This document shows, piece by piece, positions 9,956-19,275 of a stretch of DNA of 64,000 bases. The translations under genes and the position numbers were made by a program. Position 1 is the stretch's first letter. Each line of letters opens with the position of its first letter. The notes below the pieces were generated by a model. The model worked only from the letters and a program-made list of their open reading frames with translations. It had not been told where the DNA came from and made no database searches. The stretch is from an uncultured bacterium (lineage in GTDB: Bacteria > Actinomycetota > Acidimicrobiia > Spongiisociales > UBA5794), in assembly GCA_963801165.1 (NCBI GenBank), contig CAWDDT010000005.1, positions 512,001 to 576,000 on the forward strand. Direction: 5' to 3'.

Positions 9956-10515
9956 GGCGCTTCCTCCATGGTTCCGAACCGTTTCGCCAGAGTCTCCCGG
10001 GCTCGGTGCAGGTGGGTCTTTACCGAGCCGGTGGTGATGCCGAGGATCCCGGCGATGTCTTCAACCGTGCGGTCCTCGACGTAATGCAGCGCCACGACTT
10101 GGGCCTGGCGGCCGGGGAGACGCCTGACGTCGGCCCAAAACTCGCTGGCTTCGACGCTCATCGTCGTTGCAGATCGCACCGGCCGCATCCGCAACAGGGC
10201 TTTAGCCTCTGCCCGCATGCTGCGGAATCGGGATATCGCCAGATTGGTGGCCACCCGGCGTACCCAGCCCTCCGGGTTGTCGAACTGGCCTACCCGCTCC
10301 CAATCGCGCTGGGCTCGCAAGAAGGCGTCCTGGGCTATGTCCTCGGCGGCGCTGTGGCTGCGGGTCAGAACCATGGTCAGGGTCGTGACCGCTCGATACT
10401 CACGGCGGTAGAACGAGCTGAAGTCGGGAACGGATCGCACGACCGGCACCGAGCCGTCCGGCTCGCCGTTCGCTGTACTCCCCACGACGCCTCCCCGTGG
10501 CAGAACGTTCTCCAC
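9952..10515 (-). CDS. ECF RNA polymerase sigma factor (SigE-like)
   Basis: AEDIAQDAFLRA, WVRRVATN, LPGRQAQVVALHY, GSVKTHLHRAR. Confidence 0.93.
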   Translation of the reverse strand: MENVLPRGGVVGSTANGEPDGSVPVVRSVPDFSSFYRREYRAVTTLTMVLTRSHSAAEDIAQDAFLRAQRDWERVGQFDNPEGWVRRVATNLAISRFRSMRAEAKALLRMRPVRSATTMSVEASEFWADVRRLPGRQAQVVALHYVEDRTVEDIAGILGITTGSVKTHLHRARETLAKRFGTMEEAP

Positions 10516-10522
10516 AAGCTAA

Positions 10523-10551
10523 TAACGCTCGAGACGGCTCGCACGGTTGAC
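10523..10551 (-). promoter_or_regulatory. Candidate ECF-type autoregulatory promoter GTCAACC-N17-CGTTA (leaderless)
   Basis: Minus strand gtcaacc-gtgcgagccgtctcgag-cgtta ends 7 nt before the sigma GTG. Confidence 0.55.
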
Positions 10552-10654
10552 AGCCCGACCGAAAATGCACATTCGGGCCTGCGCATTCGCCGAGTCGCCG
10601 GTACCAAGCCTTTGGTTTACGCTCGCGATTTCGCTGCGTTCGTCGGAGGTAGGC

Positions 10655-11749
10655 GTGCGGCACGGATCCCGAATCTCGATGATGGTTGTGACAGTGATGC
10701 TGCTCGTGGGATGTGGCGGCGACGATGTGACGGCTACGACGAGCCCGCCGCCGGGGGATACCGCACCCGCGGGCACCGAAGACCCTGGTCTCGGTCCGGT
10801 CGGCGGCGAAGAATGGCCGGATGCCATACCGGGCGACATCCCGGTCCTCGCCGGTGAGATCACCATGGTCATGGCGGACAGCACCAAAGTCAGGCTGTTC
10901 TACGCCGGCGTCTCGGACGACGATCTGCGCGGCTACCTGGACCAGCTCGAATCGCTCGGCTACGACCTCGAGTACGTCGTCTACGAGACACCCGGAAACC
11001 CCGGGCGCGCCCAGGAAAGGGCCGATGCCGGAGAGTGGGACGCGGTCCGGGCGACCAAGGGCGACTACCACCTCGGTCTGGAGTTCGGCGCGGGCACCGG
11101 GACGTTCGACATCGGCGGCATCCCGATGGACGGGCTCGGCCCCGATACCGCCTGGCCGGAGGCATGGTCCGGGGTCCCCGCGCCCAGCGGGCTGCCGATA
11201 AGCCAGGTGACCGATCTCGGCGCCAACGGACCGCTGGTCGAAGTCGCTTACGAGACGGACGACGACATCACCGCCTACGTGGCCGAGCTCGAGGCTGCCG
11301 GATTCACCGTCACCGACCGCTCATACGACCAGAACGACAAGATCATCAGTGTGACCGTCGGCGACGGTGACCACGACGTCCATATGCGCACCTATCCCGG
11401 TGGGCGGCTCGAGATTTCGGTGTCGGAAGCAACGATGGCGCCGAAAAGCGAAGGTGCCGCCCCCGGCGTGGCGACCAGGGAGTTCCCCGAATGGCTACCG
11501 CAGGTCCCCGGTGGCGAGCTGATCACCGCGACCGACGAAGGAGAGAACAGCTTCACGGCAGTCGTGACGATCGGGGACGGCCATACCGTTGCCGAGTATG
11601 TGCAGGTCCTGATCGACGCCGGTTATGCGGAGACCGGCACCATGCTTGCGGGCCACATTCTCAGCGACGGCTCTCGAACCGTCACCATCTACGGCGACGA
11701 CGGCGGGCTGCCACCCCTCCAGATCATGATCGACGTGAAGCCGAGCTAG
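10655..11749 (+). CDS. Lipoprotein with three internal repeats
   Basis: Lipobox LVGC; repeated (W/F)P...P..G ... Y...L...G(Y/F) units; GGAGGT RBS. Confidence 0.7.
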   Translation: MRHGSRISMMVVTVMLLVGCGGDDVTATTSPPPGDTAPAGTEDPGLGPVGGEEWPDAIPGDIPVLAGEITMVMADSTKVRLFYAGVSDDDLRGYLDQLESLGYDLEYVVYETPGNPGRAQERADAGEWDAVRATKGDYHLGLEFGAGTGTFDIGGIPMDGLGPDTAWPEAWSGVPAPSGLPISQVTDLGANGPLVEVAYETDDDITAYVAELEAAGFTVTDRSYDQNDKIISVTVGDGDHDVHMRTYPGGRLEISVSEATMAPKSEGAAPGVATREFPEWLPQVPGGELITATDEGENSFTAVVTIGDGHTVAEYVQVLIDAGYAETGTMLAGHILSDGSRTVTIYGDDGGLPPLQIMIDVKPS

Positions 11750-11782
11750 GTCCCGAGCCTCCGGCTGCTCCGCGTCGTCGGC

Positions 11783-12769
11783 TCAGAGCTCGTTGCCCGA
11801 CTCGTGACCCTCGGCGAATGCGGTGATATTGGCGATGGTCACGTGGGCAATCGCTTCGAGCGCTTCGGCGGTGAAGAAGGCCTGGTGGCCGGTGATGAGG
11901 ACGTTGGGGAATGTGAGCAGCCGGGAGAACATGTCGTCCTGGATGACGGTGTCGGAGAGGTCCTCGAAGAACAAGTCGCCCTCCTCCTCGTAGACGTCGA
12001 GCCCGAGGTAGCCGATCTTGCCCGTCTTGAGCCCCTCGATGGCCGCCGCGGTGTCGATGAGAGCGCCGCGGCTCGTGTTGACCAGCATCACGCCCGTCTT
12101 CATGTTGGCGATGGCGTACGAGTCGACGATGTGGTGTGTCTCAGGTGTCAGCGGGGCGTGGAGCGAGATGACGTCGGCCTGCTCCCAAAGTTGCTTCAGT
12201 TCAACGTATTCGAGGCCGAGCTCGACGGCATCCGGGTTCTGGTGGACGTCAGAGCCGATGAGGCTGCACCCAAAGCCGTGCAGAAGGCGTGCGACCGCAA
12301 CCCCGATCTTGCCGGTGCCGACCAGCCCGACGGTTCGGCTGCCCAGGTCGAAACCGAGCAACCCGTCGAGCGAGAAGTTGCCCTCACGAACACGGGCGTG
12401 GGCACGGTGGATCTTCCGGTCGAGGGCGAGCATTAAGGCGACCGTGTGCTCGGCGACCGAGCGGGGTGAGTATGCGGGCACCCGCACCACCGTCAACCCG
12501 AGGCTCTTGGCCGCGTCCAGGTCGACGTTGTTGAACCCGGCGCTGCGCAGGGCGATCAGCTTTGGCTCGCTTCTGGCCAGCCGTAACAAGGTCGCGGCGC
12601 CAAGGTCGTCGTTGACAAAGGCACACACCACGTCGAACCCGTCGGCGAGCGAGGCGGTAGATCGGTCGAGGTGGGTTTCGAAGAACTCCAACTCGTGGCC
12701 GGAACCGGCGGCTGCGTCGCCGAGAAACCGCTTGTCGTATGGTTTGCTGCTGAACACTGCTACCCGCAT
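11783..12769 (-). CDS. ldhA: D-lactate dehydrogenase / D-2-hydroxyacid dehydrogenase
   Basis: MRVAVFSSKPYD, ALRSAGFNNVD, VPAYSP, GTGKIG, NTSRG, LDVYEEE, TGHQAF. Confidence 0.9.
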   Translation of the reverse strand: MRVAVFSSKPYDKRFLGDAAAGSGHELEFFETHLDRSTASLADGFDVVCAFVNDDLGAATLLRLARSEPKLIALRSAGFNNVDLDAAKSLGLTVVRVPAYSPRSVAEHTVALMLALDRKIHRAHARVREGNFSLDGLLGFDLGSRTVGLVGTGKIGVAVARLLHGFGCSLIGSDVHQNPDAVELGLEYVELKQLWEQADVISLHAPLTPETHHIVDSYAIANMKTGVMLVNTSRGALIDTAAAIEGLKTGKIGYLGLDVYEEEGDLFFEDLSDTVIQDDMFSRLLTFPNVLITGHQAFFTAEALEAIAHVTIANITAFAEGHESGNEL

Positions 12770-12873
12770 GGCGACGAGTGTAAGGGGCGGGGAACGGGCC
12801 GCAGCACGGTTTGTGAGCCCCGGGATGGATCGCATTTGTGTAGGTACAATCGGCCGACAGCGAGGGAGGTGCC

Positions 12874-13653
12874 ATGGCCACTACGACTACTCAGGATGGC
12901 GCAAGCGTCTACTACGAGACCACCGGGACGGGAACGCCCGTTGTGCTCGTCCACGGCATCACCGAGTCGTGCCGAACCTGGGATCCTGTGAGAGATCGAC
13001 TAGTCGACGCAGGCTATCGGGTCATCGCTCCCGACCTGCGCGGCCACGGGCAGTCTTCGCCTCATCCCCCGTACGATCTCGGCTCGCTTGTCGGGGACAT
13101 CATCGCCGTGGTGACGGCGGAGGGTCTCAGCAACCCGAGGGTGGTGGGGCACTCGCTGGGCGGTGCGGTTGTCTCGGCGCTCGCCGGGGCATTTCCCGTC
13201 GAGTCGGCCGTCAACGTCGATCAGTCTCTGAAGCTGGACGACTTCCAGGACCAGCTGAAGCAAGCGGAACCTGCGCTGCGGGACCCCGCTTCGTTCCCGA
13301 TGGTCATCGAGGGGCTTTTCGGCCAGCTGGCCGGGGACGCGATCCCCGCAGAGGAGTGGCAGCGAGTGCAGAGCCATCGCCGCGCCGATCAGGACGTCGT
13401 GCTCGGGGTATGGGACCTGGTGCTGACCGCACCACGTGAGGAGCTGGCTGCGGCGGTGGAGGGCGCCGCGTCGGGTGTGTCTTGCCTGTATCTATCGCTG
13501 CACGGCATCGATCCCGGCGACGAGTACAAGGACTGGCTCCAGCGGCTCGTACCTCAGGCTGAAGTCGAAGTCTGGCCCGGTCTCGGGCACTACCCCCATC
13601 TGGTTGAGCCGGATCGGTTCGTCTCCCGTCTCCAAAGCTTCTGGGGCGACTGA
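12874..13653 (+). CDS. Alpha/beta hydrolase
   Basis: LVHG, DLRGHG, GHSLGG nucleophile elbow, GHYPH. Confidence 0.9.
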   Translation: MATTTTQDGASVYYETTGTGTPVVLVHGITESCRTWDPVRDRLVDAGYRVIAPDLRGHGQSSPHPPYDLGSLVGDIIAVVTAEGLSNPRVVGHSLGGAVVSALAGAFPVESAVNVDQSLKLDDFQDQLKQAEPALRDPASFPMVIEGLFGQLAGDAIPAEEWQRVQSHRRADQDVVLGVWDLVLTAPREELAAAVEGAASGVSCLYLSLHGIDPGDEYKDWLQRLVPQAEVEVWPGLGHYPHLVEPDRFVSRLQSFWGD

Positions 13654-13666
13654 GCGACGTTCCTGC

Positions 13667-14611
13667 TCAACCCATAGCAACGGCGAGGATGGGGCGGAGG
13701 ATGCCGACGAGGGTCTTTGCGTGGCGCCCGTCCGGGTCGAGGTCGGGGTCGAATACGCTCACATCCAATCCGAGGCACCGCCGGTTCGTCGCCAGCGCAC
13801 GTATCAGCGCCGCGAGCTGGTCGGGATAGACACCGTCCGTGTTCGGTGAATCGACCGCGGGCATCACCGACTCATCCAGGATGTCGGTATCGAGATGAAT
13901 CCAGAATCCGTCGAGGCCCGGCTTGGTGACGTGATCGAGCATGAGCTCGCCGATACCTGCAGGATCGGAACGGATCCGATCCGATGTCCATACCGGCATC
14001 CCGAGATGGGCCAGCTCGTCGAGGTCTGCATCCGGGTCGTCGGCACGCATCCCCGCCACGGCGATGTCTGTTGTCTTGACGTAGGGTCCCCGGGCTTCGA
14101 GGTCGACGAGACGTGCATCTCCCCGGCCGGTGACGATCGCCAGGTCCTCCCCGGCGGCGGCACCGATGTCGTCCGAGTTGCCGGGATGGCGGAAGTCGTC
14201 ATGACCGTCGAGAAACGCCAGCCCATGCCTGCCGAGTCGTGCCAACCCGAGCATGATCCCGATCAGGTTGCTGCAATCGCCGCCGAGCACCAGGGTGAAA
14301 GCGCCGGGCGGCGCCATCGTGACCCGGTCCGCCAAGAGGAGAGACACGGCGGCGATGGCCTCAGCGTTGCGATCACCGGTGCCGGGCTCCCAGGTCGCTT
14401 CGTACCGGGGCGGGACAACCGTTCCGAGAGAGTGGGTCGCCAGGCCTTCCAGCAAGCCCGCCTCCCGGAGTGCCCAGCCGAGCTTGTAACAGCCGGGCAC
14501 GGTTCCCGGTTGGGGCGGGCGAAGGCCCAGATTCGAAGGCGAATCGATCACATACAAGGGCCGACCGGGGGTTGCGGGCATCTCAGTTGCGGGCATCTCA
14601 GTCGCCGACAT
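13667..14611 (-). CDS. Arginase/ureohydrolase family protein
   Basis: GGDCS, LDGHDDF, HLDTDILD..MPAVD, FDPDLD. Confidence 0.88.
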   Translation of the reverse strand: MSATEMPATEMPATPGRPLYVIDSPSNLGLRPPQPGTVPGCYKLGWALREAGLLEGLATHSLGTVVPPRYEATWEPGTGDRNAEAIAAVSLLLADRVTMAPPGAFTLVLGGDCSNLIGIMLGLARLGRHGLAFLDGHDDFRHPGNSDDIGAAAGEDLAIVTGRGDARLVDLEARGPYVKTTDIAVAGMRADDPDADLDELAHLGMPVWTSDRIRSDPAGIGELMLDHVTKPGLDGFWIHLDTDILDESVMPAVDSPNTDGVYPDQLAALIRALATNRRCLGLDVSVFDPDLDPDGRHAKTLVGILRPILAVAMG

Positions 14612-15236
14612 CGAGTGTGACGCCGAGGGCGGTCGGAGATGCGGTCACGTGCGACAGGTCAGCCACGCGAGCCGCCGGGGTTGACGACCAGGGCTGGTCG
14701 CCCACAGCGATCACCGTCGCCCCAGCAGCCTTGCCGGCCTCACCGCCCGGGCTTGAATCCTCGAAGACAACGCTCTCCGCGGGGTCGAGACCGAGCAGAG
14801 CGGCGGCTCTGAGATATGGCTCTGGATCGGGTTTGCCGGCGGCGACGTCGTCCGCGGTAATCACCTTTGGCGGAACCGGGATACCGGCGCCGCGCCAGCG
14901 GGCCTCGGCCAACCGGGTGCTCCCGGAGGTGACGATCGTCCAGACTCCATCGGGGAGGCGGTCGAGCAGTTCGATCGCTCCCTCCAGGGGTGTGCATGCG
15001 GCTGCCATGTCCACCTCTATGTCCTCCAGCCGGTCGACGGCCCGCTGTAGGGAGTCGTCGGGAAGGTGGTGGCGCAACGTGTCCTCAGCGCGCACCCCGG
15101 TGAATTGGCCGGAGAGCACGTCGAAGTCGAGACCGAACTCTTCGGCAAGCTGACGCCAGGCTGCATTCACCAGGTAATGGCTGTCGATGAGGACGCCGTC
15201 GCTGTCGAACAGCAATGCCGCTGCTTCAATCCGCAT
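14598..15236 (-). CDS. HAD-IA family sugar phosphatase
   Basis: FDSDGVLIDS, IVTS, GKPDPEPY, FEDS. Confidence 0.9.
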   Translation of the reverse strand: MRIEAAALLFDSDGVLIDSHYLVNAAWRQLAEEFGLDFDVLSGQFTGVRAEDTLRHHLPDDSLQRAVDRLEDIEVDMAAACTPLEGAIELLDRLPDGVWTIVTSGSTRLAEARWRGAGIPVPPKVITADDVAAGKPDPEPYLRAAALLGLDPAESVVFEDSSPGGEAGKAAGATVIAVGDQPWSSTPAARVADLSHVTASPTALGVTLDVGD

Positions 15237-15281
15237 GTCGGCAACTGTAGGCGGGTTTGGATGACGAACTGGATCGGGCGG

Positions 15282-15509
15282 TCAGGCCGCGACCCGGAAG
15301 CTCCTCAAAGCCTGCATGGCTCGTGCCAACGCTCGCATCCGCACCGGCTCCGGTTGCCCTGGATCGGCAAGGATTCCGGCGATGGCCGGCAGCGCTCCGG
15401 TCCGAACGAGCAACTCTCCGATTGCGGGAAATGCGGGATCATCGTTGCCGATTCCCTGGATGAGGATACGTCGCTCCAGCCGATCGAGCATTTCTGAGTA
15501 GGGGTTCAA
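15282..15509 (-). CDS. Small hypothetical protein (75 aa), divergent from LysR
   Basis: TTG start with AAGGAG RBS; plausible helical protein. Confidence 0.6.
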   Translation of the reverse strand: MNPYSEMLDRLERRILIQGIGNDDPAFPAIGELLVRTGALPAIAGILADPGQPEPVRMRALARAMQALRSFRVAA

Positions 15510-15581
15510 GTTGGCTCCTTTTCAAATACCAACATACCGCTACAGGAGTATGAGTAATAGCGATCATCTCTTGATATAACA

Positions 15582-15596
15582 ATAAGCCGCGCTTAT
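15582..15596. promoter_or_regulatory. LysR-type T-N11-A operator ATAAGC-CGC-GCTTAT
   Basis: Perfect inverted repeat between the divergent small ORF and the LysR gene. Confidence 0.65.
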
Positions 15597-15605
15597 AGTC
15601 AGGCC

Positions 15606-16538
15606 ATGAAGTCGTTTGCAGAGAGTCCCTTCCGAGACCTCGAGCTGCGTCATCTCGAGGCACTTTGCGCAGTTGCCACGGCGGGGACCTTCGGCAGGGC
15701 AGCAGCGCAGCTCGGCTACACGCAGTCGGCGGTATCGCAGCAGATCGCCGCCCTGGAACGAATTGTCGGCGAGCGTGTCTTCGATCGGCCCGGCGGTCCC
15801 AAGCCGGTGCAACTGACGGCGGCGGGCAAGATGCTGCTGAGCGACGCAGAGCAGGTGCTCGATCGGGTTTCGCGCCTGACCCGAGATGTTGAGGGTTTCA
15901 AGGCAGGCACCAGCGGGAGGATCGAGCTTGGCGTGTTCCAGTCGGTGGCCGTGAAGGTGGTGCCAAGGGTTGTCGGGCGGCTGCGGGAGGTCTCTCCTGG
16001 TGTCGATGTGCGTCTCTACGAGGCCCGCGACGACTCCGAGTTCGTCACCATGGTGGCCAGCCACGAGCTCGACCTCGCCTTTCTGGTGGGTGCCCCTGCG
16101 GATGCTGGCCTCGAGATCCGTGACCTTGTCAGCGACCCGTTTGTTCTCATTGTTCCCCGCGGTCATCCACTCGGGGACACGGTGACGACTCTCGATCTCC
16201 GTGGACGACCTCTGATCGGCCAGCCCGGCGAGGATTCGTGCCAGCGGAAGATCGATGCCGGCTTGACCGCCGCCGGGGTCCGCCCTGAGTATTTCTTCAG
16301 GACAACCGACAATGCTGCGATGCAGTCGATGGTCCGCGCCGGCATGGGCGTGGCAATCGTGCCCTACCTTGCCGTGGACACCAACGACCCCGACATCCGC
16401 ATCTGCACCCTCGACCCGCCGATTCCCGCCCGGGAGCTGAAGCTTGTCATTGGATCAGACCCGTCCCCGGTGACGAGACAGTTTGTCGAGCTCACCGTCG
16501 AGTTCTGTCACGACGCCCTCAGCGGCGCCCCGGTGTGA
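15606..16538 (+). CDS. LysR family transcriptional regulator
   Basis: FGRAAAQLGYTQSAVSQQIAALE HTH, LTAAG, MVRAGMGVAIVP. Confidence 0.95.
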   Translation: MKSFAESPFRDLELRHLEALCAVATAGTFGRAAAQLGYTQSAVSQQIAALERIVGERVFDRPGGPKPVQLTAAGKMLLSDAEQVLDRVSRLTRDVEGFKAGTSGRIELGVFQSVAVKVVPRVVGRLREVSPGVDVRLYEARDDSEFVTMVASHELDLAFLVGAPADAGLEIRDLVSDPFVLIVPRGHPLGDTVTTLDLRGRPLIGQPGEDSCQRKIDAGLTAAGVRPEYFFRTTDNAAMQSMVRAGMGVAIVPYLAVDTNDPDIRICTLDPPIPARELKLVIGSDPSPVTRQFVELTVEFCHDALSGAPV

Positions 16539-16556
16539 CTCCGCCGGTGCGGCCGC

Positions 16557-16601
16557 TTCTTGCGTCGCAAACCGGAATATGTTCCGGTCTCCGACGCCAG
16601 A
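16557..16601. repeat. REP-like stem-loop / possible terminator after LysR
   Basis: GCGTCG-caa-ACCGGAA tatg TTCCGGT-ctc-CGACGC. Confidence 0.45.
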
Positions 16602-16803
16602 GTGGGCCCCGATGTAGACGAGATCGGTGTCGGTCGCCGTACCTGGTAGTCGCCGGAAACCTGGCTCGGCGGAGGGGGCTGGTCGGGACCAACGCTCTAC
16701 CGCCGTCCGGCCCTTCGGAATGGGGCGATTGCCCCTCATACGGACTACGGTCACCACCGAAACTGGGTGCACCGTCCCTAGAGAGCAGTGGAAAGGTGGT
16801 CCG

Positions 16804-19125
16804 GTGAAACTCGACCGCAGTACGGTCGCGCTCGTCGCCACAACTGCAGGTGGCTTGGTAGTCGGCATCATCGCTGCCGTCGCCGGACAGTCCGCGGTTT
16901 CGGACGTTGCCTGGGCTCTCGCCGGAGTTGTTGCCGCGATCCCGCTCGTTGTCGGCTTCGTCGACAGCGTCAGGAAACGCGAGTGGGGGCTGGACATCAT
17001 CGCGGTCCTGGCGGTCGCCGGTTCGATCATCCTCGGTGAGTACCTCGCCGCGGCAATCATCGGTCTGATGCTGACGACGGGGGAAGCGCTCGACTCCTAT
17101 GCGGCGACGAGGGCGAAGCACGAGTTGACCGCGCTCTTGCAGCGAGCACCGCGGGAAGCCCACATCGTCGTCGGCGACGAGGTCACCACCGTTGGAGTGG
17201 ACGAGGTTCGAGAAAGGGATCGGCTCATCGTCAAGGCGGGAGAAGTCGTTCCGGTGGACGGTGTGGTGGTGGACGGTAGCGCGGTTCTCGATGAGTCTTC
17301 GCTTACGGGCGAGGTGGCCCCGGTGGTGCATCCTGTTGGTGACCACGTTGCCAGTGGCACCGTCAATGCGGGGGACGGCTTCCATGTGGTGGCGCTCAAG
17401 GGTGCTGCTGATTCGACCTATGCGGGAATCGTCAAGCTGGTGGCGGAGGCGCAGTCCGCCAAGGCGCCCATCTCCCGGCTGGCGGATCGGTACGCGTTCG
17501 GGTTCGTTCCCCTGGCGCTCGCTATTTCTGCGGTCGCGTGGGTGGTTTCGGGCGACCCGGTGCGTGGCCTCTCGGTGCTCGTGGTTGCTACGCCGTGCCC
17601 GCTGCTCCTGGCGGTCCCCATAGCCATCGTCTCTGGTGTTTCCCGTGCCGCAAATAGAGGGGTGGTGGTCAAGGGTGGCGGCGTGCTCGAGCGGCTGGCA
17701 GACGCCGAGATCCTCATCATCGACAAGACGGGGACGCTCACCGTTGGCGAGGCATCGGTGGCCGCAGTTACCGCATTTGGTCCGGATCTGGCTGAGGACG
17801 AGCTGCTCCGGCTGGGAGCTTCACTCGATCAGATGTCGAATCACATCCTTGCCGCAGCGCTGGTGAGGGCGGCACGGGAACGGGGCGTCGAGCTAGAGCT
17901 GCCAACCGATGTCGAGGAAACCGCAGGCGGCGGAATTGTCGGCAAGGTCGCCGGCTGCGACGTTGCGTTGGGGAGTGCGTCGTTCGTCGGCGAGGGGCGC
18001 GAGGTCTCGGCGGCGGCGGTGGCTTATCAGGCCCGGGCGGCGCGGTCACCAAGTATCGACGTGTCGATAGCGGTCGACGGTGCGGTGGTTGGCGCCTTCC
18101 GACTGGTCGACGAGGTGAGGGCGGACACGCCGCGTACGATCCGGCTGCTGCGCCGGCTGGGAATCCGTTCGGTCATTATGGCGACGGGCGATCATCCGGT
18201 GGTAGCCGAATCGGTGGCGGCGGCAATCGGCGCCGATCGGGTGCTGGCCCGGTGCACTCCCGTTGAGAAGCTGGAGGCGGTGCAGGCTGCCACCGCAGAT
18301 GGCGTCACCATCATGGTCGGAGACGGGGTGAACGACGCTCCGGCGCTTGCCGCAGCCGACGTCGGGGTGGCCATGGGAGCTCGTGGCGCTACCTCGTCCT
18401 CGGAAGCGGCAGATGTGGTGCTGGTGGTGGATCGCCTCGACCGGCTGGCCGCGGCGATGCGGCTGGCGCAGCGGTCGCGCCTGATTGCCACGCAGAGCGC
18501 GTTCCTCGGCATGGGCCTGGCGATGGTGGCGATGGTGGCGGCAACGTTTGGCCTGTTCGGGCCGGTGGCGGGCGCCATTCTTCAGGAGGCAATCGACGTG
18601 CTGGCCATCCTGAGCGCCCTCCGGGCACTGCGCGACGGGTTGGGTTGGGGAGCCCAGGTGCGGCTTCCCAGTGAGCTGTCCGCCCGGCTCAAGGCCGAGC
18701 ACGACGAGCTGATCCCGAGGCTTCATGACATCGGACGGGTAGCGGATCGGTCGGGCAACCTGGGCAGTGTCGATGCGCTGGCCGAACTGCAACGCATCGA
18801 CGGCTTCGTCCAAGATGAGATCCTGCCACACGAACGGCAGGACGATCGGGAGATCTACCCGGTTCTTTCCAACCTGATCGGGGGTGAGGACCCCATGGCC
18901 GCGATGAGCCTTACCCACGGCGAGATCTTCAAGCTGGCAGGCACGCTGCACCGCATGGTCGAAGACCTCAGTGCGATTGCCGATCCCACCAACGACCTGT
19001 CAGATGCCCGGCGCGTGTTGTATAGCCTGGACGCCGTGCTGCGGCTGCATTTTGCGCAGGAAGAGGAGCTCTACCAGACGCTCGACGACAGCTACCACGA
19101 GCAGACCATGGCCGGAACCGGCTAG
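16804..19125 (+). CDS. P1B-5-type heavy-metal-translocating P-type ATPase with C-terminal hemerythrin domain
   Basis: LTGE, ATPCPL, DKTGT, GDGVND, QEAID; C-terminal H..HE..DD..H..LHF..EE hemerythrin ligands. Confidence 0.92.
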   Translation: MKLDRSTVALVATTAGGLVVGIIAAVAGQSAVSDVAWALAGVVAAIPLVVGFVDSVRKREWGLDIIAVLAVAGSIILGEYLAAAIIGLMLTTGEALDSYAATRAKHELTALLQRAPREAHIVVGDEVTTVGVDEVRERDRLIVKAGEVVPVDGVVVDGSAVLDESSLTGEVAPVVHPVGDHVASGTVNAGDGFHVVALKGAADSTYAGIVKLVAEAQSAKAPISRLADRYAFGFVPLALAISAVAWVVSGDPVRGLSVLVVATPCPLLLAVPIAIVSGVSRAANRGVVVKGGGVLERLADAEILIIDKTGTLTVGEASVAAVTAFGPDLAEDELLRLGASLDQMSNHILAAALVRAARERGVELELPTDVEETAGGGIVGKVAGCDVALGSASFVGEGREVSAAAVAYQARAARSPSIDVSIAVDGAVVGAFRLVDEVRADTPRTIRLLRRLGIRSVIMATGDHPVVAESVAAAIGADRVLARCTPVEKLEAVQAATADGVTIMVGDGVNDAPALAAADVGVAMGARGATSSSEAADVVLVVDRLDRLAAAMRLAQRSRLIATQSAFLGMGLAMVAMVAATFGLFGPVAGAILQEAIDVLAILSALRALRDGLGWGAQVRLPSELSARLKAEHDELIPRLHDIGRVADRSGNLGSVDALAELQRIDGFVQDEILPHERQDDREIYPVLSNLIGGEDPMAAMSLTHGEIFKLAGTLHRMVEDLSAIADPTNDLSDARRVLYSLDAVLRLHFAQEEELYQTLDDSYHEQTMAGTG

Positions 19126-19275
19126 GAGTGCGCTGAGTAATTCCAGCTCAGGCTCGATACCGCCCCGGTGTGCCCCCCGGGAACACACAGGAGACTCCCA
19201 GCTCACTCACAGCTCGCGCCGCCAGGGTGAGGAAAACAACGAGCACGGGGAGCAAACGTGGTGGCTACAAACGGG

